NCBI GenBank assembly: GCA_035285905.1
Contig: JAYKJA010000008.1
Span: 30,728-94,727 of the forward strand
Reading direction: 5' to 3'
DNA length: 64,000 nucleotides
Source of the DNA: Synechococcaceae cyanobacterium
GTDB lineage: Bacteria > Cyanobacteriota > Cyanobacteriia > PCC-6307 > Cyanobiaceae
Made by a program: the position numbers and the translations under genes. The notes below the pieces were generated by a model that was not told the DNA's origin, did no database searches, and saw only the letters and a list, made by a program, of their open reading frames with translations. Below, in pieces: positions 11,507 to 21,566 of the stretch (position 1 is the stretch's first letter; every line of letters begins with the position of its first letter).

Positions 11507-12751
11507 TTGTTGCCTGGCCTCGTGGAACCGCGACACAACCAGCTCGACAACGGCGCCGCCGTGGTTCAGCTGCCCCTGCCGGACGCACCGTTGATCTGCC
11601 TCGATTTCTGGTGTCGGGCGGGCAGCGTCTGGGAGCGCCCCGAGGAGAGCGGCCTGGCCCACTTCCTCGAGCACATGGTGTTCAAGGGCAGCGCCAGGCT
11701 GGCGGCCGGCGAATTCGACCAGCGCATCGAGGCCCTGGGGGGCAGCAGCAATGCCGCGACCGGCTTCGATGATGTGCACTATCACGTGCTGATTCCGCCT
11801 GAGGCGGCGGCCGAGGCCCTCGACCTGCTGCTCGACCTGGTGCTGCGTCCCCGGCTCGACCCGGACGCCTTCGCCATGGAGCGGCAGGTGGTGCTGGAGG
11901 AGCTGGCCCAGAGCGAGGACCAGCCGGAGGAGGTGGCCCTGCAGCGGCTGCTGGGCCTGGCCTGTCCCGCCCACCCCTATGGCCTGCCGATCCTGGGGCA
12001 ACGGGAGGCCCTGCTCGAGCACCGGCCCGAGCGGATGGCCGCCTTCCATCAGCGTCTCTATGCCGCCGATCGCTGCGTGCTGGCCCTCAGCGGCGCCGTT
12101 CACGACGACCGGCTGCTGGATCGCCTGGCCCGCAGCCCCCTGGCCGCCCTTCAGGACGCGCCACCCCAGCCGCAGCCATCAGCGCTGCATCTGCAGCCGG
12201 GGGCGCACCGCCTGGTCCTGCCGCGACTGGAGGCGGCGCGCCTGCTGATGGCCTGGTGGTTGCCTCCCTCCCAGGATCTGCACGCGCTGATGGGGGCCGA
12301 TCTGGTCACCACCGTCCTGGCTGAAGGACGTCGCAGCCGTCTGGTCGCCCGCCTGCGTGAGGAGCTACGGCTGGTCGAGAGCATCGACCTCGACCTTCAC
12401 GCCATGGAATGCGGCAGCCTGGCCCTGCTGGAAGCCGTCTGCGACAGCGAGGACCTGCCCGCCGTGCACCAGGCCATCGCTGAGGTCTGGCAGGAGCTGA
12501 GCCAGGCCCCGCTCGGCGAGGGGGAATGGCAGCGAGCCTGCCGGCTGGTGGCCAACGGCTACCGCTTCGGGCTGGAATCGGCCGGGGCGGTGGCGGGGCT
12601 GATCGGCAACTCCACGCTCTGGGACCGGCGCTATCCCCTGGACGAACCGTTGCGGGAACTCGAGCGCTGGAGCCCGGGTGCCCTGCTTGACCGGATGGTG
12701 CCCCTGCTGGATCCCAGCCGGGCCTGCCTGATGGAGGTGCTGCCCGCATGA
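11507..12751 (+). CDS. M16 family zinc peptidase, catalytic subunit
   Basis: [14 protein letters not shown] (HxxEH), [15 protein letters not shown]; start TTG 11507 or GTG 11522. Confidence 0.92.
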   Translation: MLPGLVEPRHNQLDNGAAVVQLPLPDAPLICLDFWCRAGSVWERPEESGLAHFLEHMVFKGSARLAAGEFDQRIEALGGSSNAATGFDDVHYHVLIPPEAAAEALDLLLDLVLRPRLDPDAFAMERQVVLEELAQSEDQPEEVALQRLLGLACPAHPYGLPILGQREALLEHRPERMAAFHQRLYAADRCVLALSGAVHDDRLLDRLARSPLAALQDAPPQPQPSALHLQPGAHRLVLPRLEAARLLMAWWLPPSQDLHALMGADLVTTVLAEGRRSRLVARLREELRLVESIDLDLHAMECGSLALLEAVCDSEDLPAVHQAIAEVWQELSQAPLGEGEWQRACRLVANGYRFGLESAGAVAGLIGNSTLWDRRYPLDEPLRELERWSPGALLDRMVPLLDPSRACLMEVLPA

Positions 12752-14046
12752 GCGCGCTCAACCCGAACGAGTCCCCCGCCTGGCCCACCCTGCTGGGAGG
12801 TCTGCCGGTGGTGCTGCTGGAGCGGCCCGGCCCCGCGATCCTGGCGGCGCGTCTGGTGATCCGCGGTGGCAGCAGCGGCGACCCCCGCGGCCAGTGCGGT
12901 GCCCACCAGCTGCTGGCCGGCCTGATGACCCGCGGGTGCGGCAGCCTCGATGCGGAGGCCCTGGCCGACCGGGTCGAGGGAGCCGGCGCCGCCCTGCGCG
13001 CCGAGGCCCATGAGGATGCCCTGGTGATCGGACTGAAATGCGCCCGCGGGGACGCCGCCGAGCTGCTGCCGCTGCTGCCGGCGATGGTGCAGCGGCCCTC
13101 GCTGGCGGAGGATCAGCTGGAGCTTGAACGCCAGCTCAATCTGCAGACCCTGCAGCGGCAGCGCGAGGACCCCTTCCAGCTGGCCCACGACCAGCTGCGG
13201 CGCCAGCTCTACGGGGCCGGTCCTTACGGCCATGATCCCCTCGGCTGCGAGGAGGACCTGATCGCCCTGAACCGCGGGCAGCTGCAGCCCCTGGTGGCCG
13301 GGCTCGGTTCGGACGGTGCGGTGCTCGTGCTCTGCGGCGATGCTCCGGACCAGGCGCTCTCCCTGATCGAGCAGGGGCTGGAGGGACCCTGGCGCACCGC
13401 CATGCCCAGCGCCGGCGCCGCGTTTCAGGCCTGCCCGATCTCCGGGCCCCGCCTCAGCCTGCAGGAGGAGGACACCGAGCAGCTGGTGCTGATGCTCGGC
13501 AGCCCCACCGTGCCCCTCGGCCATGGCGATGCCCTGGCCCTGCGTCTGCTGCAGACCCACCTCGGCATGGGCATGTCCTCGCGGCTGTTCCAGGTGATGC
13601 GCGAGGAGCGCGGTCTGGCCTACGACGTCGGGGTGCACCTGCCGGCCCGGTGCCAGGCCGCCCCCTTCGTCATCCATCTGTCCACCTCCGCCGACCGGGC
13701 CTGCGAGGCCACCGCCGCTCTGCTGGGCGAGTGGCGCCGGCTGCTGGAGCAACCGCTGAGCGCGGAGGAGCGCCACCTGGCGGTGGCCAAGTTCCAGGGG
13801 CAGGACGCCATGGGACGCCAGACCTGTTCCCAGATCGCCGAACGCCAGGCCCTGGTGCTCAGCAGCGGGCTCGCAGTCGACCACGTCGATCAGTGCCTGC
13901 GGCAGGCCCCCGGCCTGAGCCAGCAGGCGCTGCAGGCCGCCGCTCAGCGCTGGTTGCCGCAGCCCTGTCTGAGCCTGGTGGGCCCCGCTGAGGCCCTGGC
14001 GGCTGCCGAGAGGGCCTGGCATGCCGATCCGCTCAGCTGTCGCTGA
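12748..14046 (+). CDS. M16 family peptidase, non-catalytic partner subunit
   Basis: ATGA overlap with the previous gene; lacks HxxEH; SSRLFQVMREERGLAY. Confidence 0.9.
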   Translation: MSALNPNESPAWPTLLGGLPVVLLERPGPAILAARLVIRGGSSGDPRGQCGAHQLLAGLMTRGCGSLDAEALADRVEGAGAALRAEAHEDALVIGLKCARGDAAELLPLLPAMVQRPSLAEDQLELERQLNLQTLQRQREDPFQLAHDQLRRQLYGAGPYGHDPLGCEEDLIALNRGQLQPLVAGLGSDGAVLVLCGDAPDQALSLIEQGLEGPWRTAMPSAGAAFQACPISGPRLSLQEEDTEQLVLMLGSPTVPLGHGDALALRLLQTHLGMGMSSRLFQVMREERGLAYDVGVHLPARCQAAPFVIHLSTSADRACEATAALLGEWRRLLEQPLSAEERHLAVAKFQGQDAMGRQTCSQIAERQALVLSSGLAVDHVDQCLRQAPGLSQQALQAAAQRWLPQPCLSLVGPAEALAAAERAWHADPLSCR

Positions 14047-14368
14047 CCGCCTCCAGATCGGCGGCGTCCACGAGGAAGCTGCCGCGGCGGAAGCGCACCG
14101 CCACCCGCCCCAGCGCCCGCAGTTCCATCACCGTGCCGATCTCCTGGCGATCCACCAGATCCGGCGGACGCAGCATCGGCATCGGGTCCGCGCTGCGCAG
14201 ATAGGGCACGCTGCGGGCCAGCTGGACCGCGGCCCCGATCGCGAAGGTCGGCGGCTCGGAGGCCCGGGGCGTGGCCTGTCCGGGTGCGCCCTCGGGGGCG
14301 CCGGCATCCGGGGCCGCGCCGGTGGAGGCGGCATCCATGGGGCTGGGGGAGGATCGGTGGGGGCTCAT
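14033..14368 (-). CDS. sipA: DUF3148 / SipA (NblS-interacting protein) family
   Basis: PYLRSADPMPMLRPPDLV...AVRFRRGSFLVD; start 14368 or 14338. Confidence 0.85.
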   Translation of the reverse strand: MSPHRSSPSPMDAASTGAAPDAGAPEGAPGQATPRASEPPTFAIGAAVQLARSVPYLRSADPMPMLRPPDLVDRQEIGTVMELRALGRVAVRFRRGSFLVDAADLEAVSDS

Positions 14369-14534
14369 CGCAGGGCCTGCGGCAATGCGGCGGGGGCGGA
14401 TAGCCCGCCACCCTCTGCCAGGCACCTTGGCATGCCCCCCGGTCCGGACGGCCGCCGCCGCCAGCGTGTGCCCATCCGCCCTTCTCAGCCCGGCCCGGCT
14501 GCAGCAGGATGGACGACAGCCTCAGCTGGAGCCG

Positions 14535-15104
14535 TTGCGGACCCTTGCCATCTGGAGCGGCGCGATCGCCGGTCTGCTGCTGATCGTCGCCGGAGGACTG
14601 GTCCCGGCCTCCTTCCCGCTGCATGGTCCCGGCGGCTGGACGCTGCAGCCCCTCGGCATCACCCTGCAGGTGCCGGCCCTGCTGCTGACCGCCCTGATCG
14701 CCGGACCACGCAGCGCGATCCTGGCGGCGGTCGCCTACCTCAGCCTGGGGCTGTTCCAGCTGCCGGTGTTCCATGAAGGCGGCGGCATCGGGTATCTGCT
14801 CGACCCCGGGTTCGGCTACCTGGCCGGCTTTCTGCCCGCCGCCTGGGTCACCGGTCGCCTGGCCCGCCAGCCGGGCATGGACGATCCCCTCACCCTCTCG
14901 GCCGCCGCCGCCATCGGTCTGCTTGTGATCCAGCTCTGCGGCGCTGCCAACCTGCTGCTGGGTGGCCTGGCCGGACGCTGGGAGGGCAACCTGCTGGCCC
15001 TGCTGCTCGGCTACTCCCTGGCCGTCTTCCCCCAGCTGCTGCTCTGCTGCGCCGTGGGCAGCCTCGCCTGGTTCCTGCGACGCCTGCTGCTGGTCGAGTC
15101 GTGA
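14535..15104 (+). CDS. bioY: biotin transporter BioY
   Basis: ITLQVPA, YLSLGLFQLPVFHEGGG, PGFGYLAGF; TTG start inferred. Confidence 0.92.
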   Translation: MRTLAIWSGAIAGLLLIVAGGLVPASFPLHGPGGWTLQPLGITLQVPALLLTALIAGPRSAILAAVAYLSLGLFQLPVFHEGGGIGYLLDPGFGYLAGFLPAAWVTGRLARQPGMDDPLTLSAAAAIGLLVIQLCGAANLLLGGLAGRWEGNLLALLLGYSLAVFPQLLLCCAVGSLAWFLRRLLLVES

Positions 15105-15598
15105 GCGGCCCCCAGCGGCCTGCCGGCCCGTCCCGCGGCGGATGGTCCCCCCTGGCCCTCGCGGCCCTGGTTCTGAGTCTCGACCAGCTCAGCAAGGCCC
15201 TGGCCCTCAGCCAGCTGCCCGCCGGACTTCCCAGGCCTCTGCTGCCGGGCCTGCTGCGCCTGCAGCGCGTCAGCAACACCGGCGCAGCCTTCAGCCTGTT
15301 CAGCGGCAACACCGGCCTGCTCACCCTGATCAGTGGCCTCGTCTGCGCCGGACTGCTCATCTGGTTATGGCGCCATCCCCCCCGCAGCCGCTGGCAGGCC
15401 ATGGCCCTGGGCCTGCTGCTGGGCGGCGCCGCCGGCAACGGTCTCGATCGCCTGCGCCTGGGGGCCGTGGTCGACTTCCTCGAATTCGTGCCCTTCCCGT
15501 TCCCGATCTTCAACCTGGCCGACGTGGCCATCAACCTGGCGGTGATCTGCCTGGTGATCGATCTGCTCCGCCAGCCCGGGGACCGTGCCCAGGCCTGA
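15101..15598 (+). CDS. lspA: lipoprotein signal peptidase II
   Basis: DQLSK, NTGAAFS, GNGLDR, VVDFL, PIFNLAD. Confidence 0.97.
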   Translation: MSGPQRPAGPSRGGWSPLALAALVLSLDQLSKALALSQLPAGLPRPLLPGLLRLQRVSNTGAAFSLFSGNTGLLTLISGLVCAGLLIWLWRHPPRSRWQAMALGLLLGGAAGNGLDRLRLGAVVDFLEFVPFPFPIFNLADVAINLAVICLVIDLLRQPGDRAQA

Positions 15599-17810
15599 TC
15601 CGCTGCTGGGGTTGCGGCAACGGCTGCGGGACCTGAGCCGCAGCGGCGAGGCCCGGCTGCGGGTGTCCCTCGCCCCCGGGGCCGCGGCGAGGGACGCCGG
15701 CAGCGAGCGCAGCCAGGCCCTGCCGGGACACTGCTATCGCCTCGGCCGCGAGCCCCAGGCCGACATCGTCATCGACCACCCGGCGGTGAGCCGCCGTCAC
15801 GCCCTGCTCGAGCGCCACGACGACCACTGGCTGCTGAGCGACAACGGCTCCACCAACGGCCTGTGGTGGAACGGCCGACGGGTCCGGCAGCTCGTGCTGC
15901 TCGATGGCGATCGCATCCGCCTCGGGCCGGCGTCGGAGGCGAATCCCCCTGAACTGCTGTTCGAACGTCAGCCCAGCGCACCCCTGCTGCGCCTGTTGCG
16001 GCCCCTGAGCCTGGGGTTGACGGTGGCAGCGGCGGCGGGGGTCCTGCTGCTGACCCTGGCGGTGCAGCAGCTGCCGATCCGCGGCAATCTCGCCAGCGTG
16101 CGCGGTCCCCTGGTGCTCTACGACCGGCAGCAGCGCCCGGTCGCCTCCGCCAGCGACGGGCAGCACCGGGAGCTGGCGCGCCTCTCCAGCTTTTCGCCCC
16201 GGCTGATCGATGCCCTGCTGGCCAGTGAGGACAGCCGCTTCTGGTGGCACCCCGGGGTGGATCCGATCGGAACGGCCCGGGCCCTGGTGATGAACCTGCT
16301 CGGGGGCCGGGTGCTGGAGGGCGGCAGCACCCTGACCCAGCAGCTGGCCCGCAGCCTCTACCCCGAGCAGGTGGGGCAGGGGGAGACCCTGGGACGCAAG
16401 TGGCGGGAGTTGCTGGTGGCGCTGCAGCTGGAGGCACGCTTCAGCAAGCACGACCTGCTGCTGAGCTATCTCAATCGCGTCTACCTCGGCATCGGCTGGG
16501 GCTTCGAGGATGCCGCACGCCGCTATTTCGGTCGGCCCGCCTCCGCCCTGCAGCTGGAGGAAGCGGCGCTGCTGGTGGGTCTGCTGCCATCCCCGAACGG
16601 TTTCGATCCCTGCATCGCGCCCACGGCCGCCCTGGATTCGCGTAACCGCGTGCTGGCCAAGATGGTCGATGACGGCCGGCTCAGCCCCGATCTCGCCCGG
16701 GCGGCCCGCCGACGTCCGATCCAGCTCGCCCCCCAGGCCTGTCGCGGCAGCCTGCGGCGTGGCGCCCCCTATTACACCGATCAGGTGCGCCAGGACCTGG
16801 CGGCCCTGGTGGGGGACTCCGTGGCCGCGGAGGGCAACTTCCTGGTCGAGACCCATCTGGATCCCGTGCTGCAGCAGCATGTTGAGCAGCGGCTGCGGCA
16901 ATGGCTGCTCCTGCACCGGGATGCCGGGGCGAGCGAGGGAGCCGTGGTCCTGCTCGACAGTCGCTCCGGCGGCATCCTGGCCATCGCCGGCGGCCGGGAC
17001 TATCAACGCAGTCAGTTCAACCGCGCCAGCCAGGCGCTGCGTCAGCCGGGCAGCACCTTCAAGCTGTTCACCTACCTGGCGGCGGTGGAAAGGGGCCGGC
17101 GGCCGGGGGACCCGATCGGCTGCGGCCCGCTGGTCTGGCAGGGCCAGCAGTTCAGCAGCGGCTGTGGCGGCAGCCTGAGCCTGGCGCAGGCCCTGGCGGC
17201 CAGCAGCAACACCGCCGCGCTGCGCCTCGGTCGTCAGGTCGGTCTGGACAGCGTGATCCGCAAGGCCCGCGATCTCGGCATCCGCTCACCGCTCGACCCC
17301 GTTCCGGGGCTGATCCTGGGGCAGAGCGAGCTGACGCTGCTGGAGCTCACCGGCGCCTACGGGGCAATCGCCAACGACGGGATCTGGCACGAGCCGACGA
17401 CCATCCGCCAGCTGACCGATGCCGAAACCTGCCAGCCCAGCGACGCCGGCGGCCCGCCGCCCCGCCGCGGGGGCCCCGGCCGGCCCAGGCTCTGCCGCGG
17501 CGCCGAACCACGCCGGGCCCTTGCCGGGCGGCAGGTGGTCAGCAAAGCCACGGCCCGCACGCTGCAGACGATGCTGCGTCGGGTCGTCGAGGGGGGCACG
17601 GGCTCTGCCGCCTGGGTGGCCGGTGGTGCCTACGGCAAGACCGGCACCACCAATGACGGCCGGGATCTGCTGTTCGTCGGGGCGCTGCCGTCCCGCCACT
17701 GGGTGATGGGCATCTGGCTGGGCAATGACGACAACAGGCCGACCCGGGCCAGCAGTGCCCTGGCGGCCGGTCTCTGGGCCGACATCCTGAGGTCGGCCCC
17801 CCAGCCCTGA
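15585..17810 (+). CDS. class A penicillin-binding protein with N-terminal FHA domain
   Basis: FHA GR..SRRH..STNG; transglycosylase EDSRFWWHPG, GGSTLTQQL; transpeptidase STFK, SSN, KTG. Confidence 0.93.
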   Translation: MPRPDPLLGLRQRLRDLSRSGEARLRVSLAPGAAARDAGSERSQALPGHCYRLGREPQADIVIDHPAVSRRHALLERHDDHWLLSDNGSTNGLWWNGRRVRQLVLLDGDRIRLGPASEANPPELLFERQPSAPLLRLLRPLSLGLTVAAAAGVLLLTLAVQQLPIRGNLASVRGPLVLYDRQQRPVASASDGQHRELARLSSFSPRLIDALLASEDSRFWWHPGVDPIGTARALVMNLLGGRVLEGGSTLTQQLARSLYPEQVGQGETLGRKWRELLVALQLEARFSKHDLLLSYLNRVYLGIGWGFEDAARRYFGRPASALQLEEAALLVGLLPSPNGFDPCIAPTAALDSRNRVLAKMVDDGRLSPDLARAARRRPIQLAPQACRGSLRRGAPYYTDQVRQDLAALVGDSVAAEGNFLVETHLDPVLQQHVEQRLRQWLLLHRDAGASEGAVVLLDSRSGGILAIAGGRDYQRSQFNRASQALRQPGSTFKLFTYLAAVERGRRPGDPIGCGPLVWQGQQFSSGCGGSLSLAQALAASSNTAALRLGRQVGLDSVIRKARDLGIRSPLDPVPGLILGQSELTLLELTGAYGAIANDGIWHEPTTIRQLTDAETCQPSDAGGPPPRRGGPGRPRLCRGAEPRRALAGRQVVSKATARTLQTMLRRVVEGGTGSAAWVAGGAYGKTGTTNDGRDLLFVGALPSRHWVMGIWLGNDDNRPTRASSALAAGLWADILRSAPQP

Positions 17811-17814
17811 GCCG

Positions 17815-19422
17815 ATGACGCCACGGCGACTCTGGATCTGGATCGGCCTGGCCTTCGCCGCCCTGGTGCTGCTGCTGATGGTGCTGCAGCTGCTGGTGCA
17901 GCTGCAATGGCAGCTGAGCTACTGGCTCCCCTCCTGGCTGGTGGGTCCCTTGCTGACCGGTGTGCTGCTGCTGCTGCTGCTGGCCCTGGTGCAGCTGGGC
18001 TGGCCCTGGTGGCGGGCGCTGCTCTCCGGAGGCCGCCGCGGGCCGGGGGCGTCCCGTCCGGCGCCGGCGCCGGCCCGCAACCGACGCGAGGCGGCGACCC
18101 GCAACCTGGAAGCCATCGACAGGACCCTGGACCGGGTGCGCGACGCGGTGGAGCGGGAAGCCCTGCGCCAGGAGCGCCAGCGCATGCAGACGGAACTGGA
18201 GCGGGGCGATCTGCTGATCGTGGTGTTCGGCAGTGGATCCACGGGCAAGACCTCCCTGATCCGAGCCCTGGTGCGTCAGCTGGTGGGGGAGGTGGGCGCG
18301 GCGATGGGCTCGACCCGGGAAGCCCGCCGCTACCGCATGCGCCTGCGGGGCCTGGAACGCGCGATCCTGCTGGAGGACACCCCCGGGATCCTGGAAGCGG
18401 GCCAGGGGGGACGGCAGCGGGAGGAGGAGGCCCGCCGGCGCGCCTCCCGCGCGGACCTGCTGCTGCTGGTGGTCGACGGAGATCTACGGGCCTCCGAGCA
18501 GCAGGTCCTGACCACGCTGACGCGGCTGGGCAAGCGGCTGCTGCTGGTGCTGAACAAATGCGATCTGCGGGGGGAACAGGAGGAACAGCGGCTGCTCCGT
18601 CTGCTGCGCCAGCGCTGCGCCGGCCTCGTGCCGGCCGAGGACGTGGTGCCCGCCAGCGCCTCCCCCCAGAGCCTGCCCCAGCCCGGTGGGCGACCGCTGC
18701 AGCCGGCCCCGGAGGTGGAGGCCCTGCTGCGACGCATGGCCGGCGTGCTGCATCAGGACGGGGAGGAACTGATCGCCGACAACCTGCTGCTGCAGTGCCG
18801 GCAGCTCGGGGAGGCCAGCCGCAGCCTGCTGGAGCGTCAGCGGCAGGGCGATGCGGAGGCGATCGTGGAACGCTTCATGTGGATCGGCGCCGGGGTGGTG
18901 CTGGTCACGCCGCTGCCGGGGGTGGACCTGCTCGGCACCGCGGCGGTCAACGCCCAGATGGTGCTGGAGATCGGCCGGCTCCACGGCGTCAGCCTGAGTC
19001 GGGAGCATGCCCAGGATCTGGCCCTCTCGGTCGGCCGCACCCTGGCGGGGCTGGGCCTGGTCAAGGGCGGGGTGGGTCTGATCAGCGCCGCCCTCAGCCT
19101 GCAGCTGCCGGCCCTGATCGTGGCCCGGGCGCTGCAGGCGGTGAGCGCTGCCTGGTTGACGCGGGTGGCGGGCCTCAGCTTCATCACCTATTTCCAGCAG
19201 GACCAGGACTGGGGCGACGGCGGCCTGCAGGAGGTGCTGCAGCAGCAGTTCGAACTCAACCGCCGCGAGGATCAGCTCCGCCTGTTCCTGGAGGCGGCCC
19301 TGCGTCGGGTGGTGGACCCGGTGCGGAAACAGGGTCTGCCGCTGCCACCGCGGCCGGAGCGGCGGCGCCCAGGGCCTCGGGAGGAGGGGGAAGCAGGGGA
19401 CCCCTGGAGTCCAGAAGGGTGA
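17815..19422 (+). CDS. membrane-anchored GTPase with DUF697/YcjF domain
   Basis: Two N-terminal TMs, GSGSTGKTS, DTPG, NKCD, C-terminal DUF697-like helices. Confidence 0.88.
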   Translation: MTPRRLWIWIGLAFAALVLLLMVLQLLVQLQWQLSYWLPSWLVGPLLTGVLLLLLLALVQLGWPWWRALLSGGRRGPGASRPAPAPARNRREAATRNLEAIDRTLDRVRDAVEREALRQERQRMQTELERGDLLIVVFGSGSTGKTSLIRALVRQLVGEVGAAMGSTREARRYRMRLRGLERAILLEDTPGILEAGQGGRQREEEARRRASRADLLLLVVDGDLRASEQQVLTTLTRLGKRLLLVLNKCDLRGEQEEQRLLRLLRQRCAGLVPAEDVVPASASPQSLPQPGGRPLQPAPEVEALLRRMAGVLHQDGEELIADNLLLQCRQLGEASRSLLERQRQGDAEAIVERFMWIGAGVVLVTPLPGVDLLGTAAVNAQMVLEIGRLHGVSLSREHAQDLALSVGRTLAGLGLVKGGVGLISAALSLQLPALIVARALQAVSAAWLTRVAGLSFITYFQQDQDWGDGGLQEVLQQQFELNRREDQLRLFLEAALRRVVDPVRKQGLPLPPRPERRRPGPREEGEAGDPWSPEG

Positions 19423-19513
19423 TCAGCAGCAGATAGGCAACGCCGATCAGGATCGACAGGGCGCCGGTGATGATCGCCACCCAGCGGGAACGGCGTGGGG
19501 TGGGCTCAGCCAT
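19256..19513 (-). CDS. small single-TM cyanobacterial hypothetical protein
   Basis: MAEPTPRRSRWVAIITGALSILIGVAYLLLITLLDSRGPLLPPPPEA; start overlaps the decarboxylase stop. Confidence 0.7.
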   Translation of the reverse strand: MAEPTPRRSRWVAIITGALSILIGVAYLLLITLLDSRGPLLPPPPEALGAAAPAAVAAADPVSAPGPPPDAGPPPGTGGADPRGG

Positions 19514-20903
19514 GGTCGTCTGCGGTGGTCGTGAGACTGCAGCAGAGCAGTTCGGCCAGGGTCTGCAGGTGGGTGTCCTCGGTGTGCGGGTTGCCGAGCA
19601 CCGCTTTGAGGTGGTGGTGCCCCTCGTAGCAGGGGCGGGAGAGCATGAGCTGGGCCTCCAGCAGCCGCTGGCGGGTGCGCTGGCTCCAGCGCTCACAGGC
19701 CTGGGGCCCCCACTCCCGCGGCCGCAGCGCGATCAGATGCAACGGCCCGCTGCGCAGCAGCAGCCGTGACTCCTCCGCCAGCAGGCGCTCCAGACGCCGA
19801 CGGCGGTCGAGGGCGGCAGCCAGCAGGGCGGCGACTCCCTCCAGGCCGAGATGGCGCAGACCCAGCCAGAGCTTGAGCACTTCACCGGCGCGGGTGCCCT
19901 GCAGGCCGGCCTCGCCGCCGTGGCCGCCACCCCAGGAGGGTTCCATGTAAGGAAGCCCGGTGGCGAAGGTGCGCTGCAGCCGCGAGGGATCAGCGAGAAG
20001 CAGCAGCGAGGAGGTCTTGGTGACCCCGAGCACCTTCTGGGGATTGACGGTGAGGGAGTCGGCGGCGGCGAGACCGGCCAGGGCGGGCAGGGTGTCCGCC
20101 CCGAGGGCGAAGACGGCCCCGATGGCGCCGTCGACATGGAGCCAGTGACCGAAGCGCCGGCAGAGCCCGGAGATGGCCGGCAGCGGATCGATGGCACCGC
20201 GTACGGTCGTGCCGGCGGTGGCCACCACGGCGATCACCGGGCGACCGGCCCGGTCGAGGGCGAGGAGCTGCTGCTCTAGGGAGTCCAGGCACAGTTCCCC
20301 GGCCTCATCGACCGGCAGCCGGATCAGGGCCTGGGGCGGCAGGCCCATCACCACCATCGCCTTGTCCAGGGAGACGTGGGCATCGGCGCTGCACAGAACC
20401 ACCGCCTCCCCGCAGCAGGCCAGACCGGCGTGATGGCGGGCGGTGACCAGCGCCATCAGATTGCTGAGGCTGCCACCACTGGCGGCGACGCCGCCGGCCC
20501 CCGCAGGCAGACCGAGCCGGGTGGCCAGCCAGGCGCAGAGGCTCACCTCCAGGCGGCTGAGGCTGGGGGAGAGCTCCTCGGCGAGCAGGTTGTTGTTCAG
20601 TCCGGCGCAGATCAGCTCTGCAGCGATCGAGACGCTCAAGGGCGGCGGATCGAGATGGGCGAGAGCGCCAGGGTGCTGGGGGCGGTAAGCGCCCTCCATC
20701 ACGTGCTGCAGATCCGCCAGCAGGCGGGAGGTGGCCAGGCCCTGCAGCTGGGGTTCCACCTCCGGCAGCACGCTGAGGCCGGGCAGCGGCCCATGGGCAC
20801 CGCTGGAGGCGATCCAGTTGCAGAGCAGGCCGGCGCTGTCGTGCAGGAACTGCTCCAGCCGTGGATCCACCTCACAGGGGCTGGCGAACGGGGGCAGAGA
20901 CAC
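19506..20903 (-). CDS. group II pyridoxal-dependent decarboxylase
   Basis: SGGSLSNL, ATAGTTVRGAIDP, WLHVDGA, NPQK (PLP lysine); start GTG 20903 or ATG 21029. Confidence 0.9.
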   Translation of the reverse strand: MSLPPFASPCEVDPRLEQFLHDSAGLLCNWIASSGAHGPLPGLSVLPEVEPQLQGLATSRLLADLQHVMEGAYRPQHPGALAHLDPPPLSVSIAAELICAGLNNNLLAEELSPSLSRLEVSLCAWLATRLGLPAGAGGVAASGGSLSNLMALVTARHHAGLACCGEAVVLCSADAHVSLDKAMVVMGLPPQALIRLPVDEAGELCLDSLEQQLLALDRAGRPVIAVVATAGTTVRGAIDPLPAISGLCRRFGHWLHVDGAIGAVFALGADTLPALAGLAAADSLTVNPQKVLGVTKTSSLLLLADPSRLQRTFATGLPYMEPSWGGGHGGEAGLQGTRAGEVLKLWLGLRHLGLEGVAALLAAALDRRRRLERLLAEESRLLLRSGPLHLIALRPREWGPQACERWSQRTRQRLLEAQLMLSRPCYEGHHHLKAVLGNPHTEDTHLQTLAELLCCSLTTTADDHG

Positions 20904-21068
20904 GGCTGGGCCGGGGCCGGGCTCACAGGCGATTCCCGGGCCGCCGGGCAGCACGGTGGCGGAGCGGAGCGGCAGGGGCCGCTGGGCAGAGGGCAGGCTG
21001 GCCAACGGCGATGCCGGAGATGCAGGCATTCTGCCCTTACCCCCTGTCCACCCGATTCGGCTCTGCCC

Positions 21069-21566
21069 ATGGCACCAGCGATCGACCACGACCTCTGGAT
21101 GGCTCGCCTGCTGCGACTGGCGGAGCGGGTGGGGGCCGAGGGGGAGGTGCCGGTGGCAGCGGCCGTGCTCGACAGCCAGGCCCGCTGCCTGGGCTGGGGA
21201 AGTAACCGAAGGCATCGCGGCGATGACCCTCTTGGGCACGCCGAGCTGGTGGCGCTGCGCCAGGCTGCGGGGGTGCGCCGCGACTGGCGCTTCAACGACT
21301 GCACCCTGCTGGTGACCCTGGAACCCTGTCCGATGTGCGCCGGGGCGCTGGTGCAGGCCAGGGTCGGCTGTGTGGTGTTCGGCGCGGGGGATCCCAAGCG
21401 GGGCGCCCTGGGGGGCTGCCTCGATCTGGCCCACCACCCCAGCGCCCATCACCACATGCGGGTGATCGCGGGGGTGCGGGGGGAGCAGGCGAAGGGCCAG
21501 CTGGAACGCTGGTTCCGCCAGCGGCGACGGCCTCAGGCGGACGTGGCGGCCATGGAACGGGCCTGA
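21069..21566 (+). CDS. tadA: tRNA adenosine(34) deaminase
   Basis: GEVPVAA, HAE, TLEPCPMC. Confidence 0.93.
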   Translation: MAPAIDHDLWMARLLRLAERVGAEGEVPVAAAVLDSQARCLGWGSNRRHRGDDPLGHAELVALRQAAGVRRDWRFNDCTLLVTLEPCPMCAGALVQARVGCVVFGAGDPKRGALGGCLDLAHHPSAHHHMRVIAGVRGEQAKGQLERWFRQRRRPQADVAAMERA

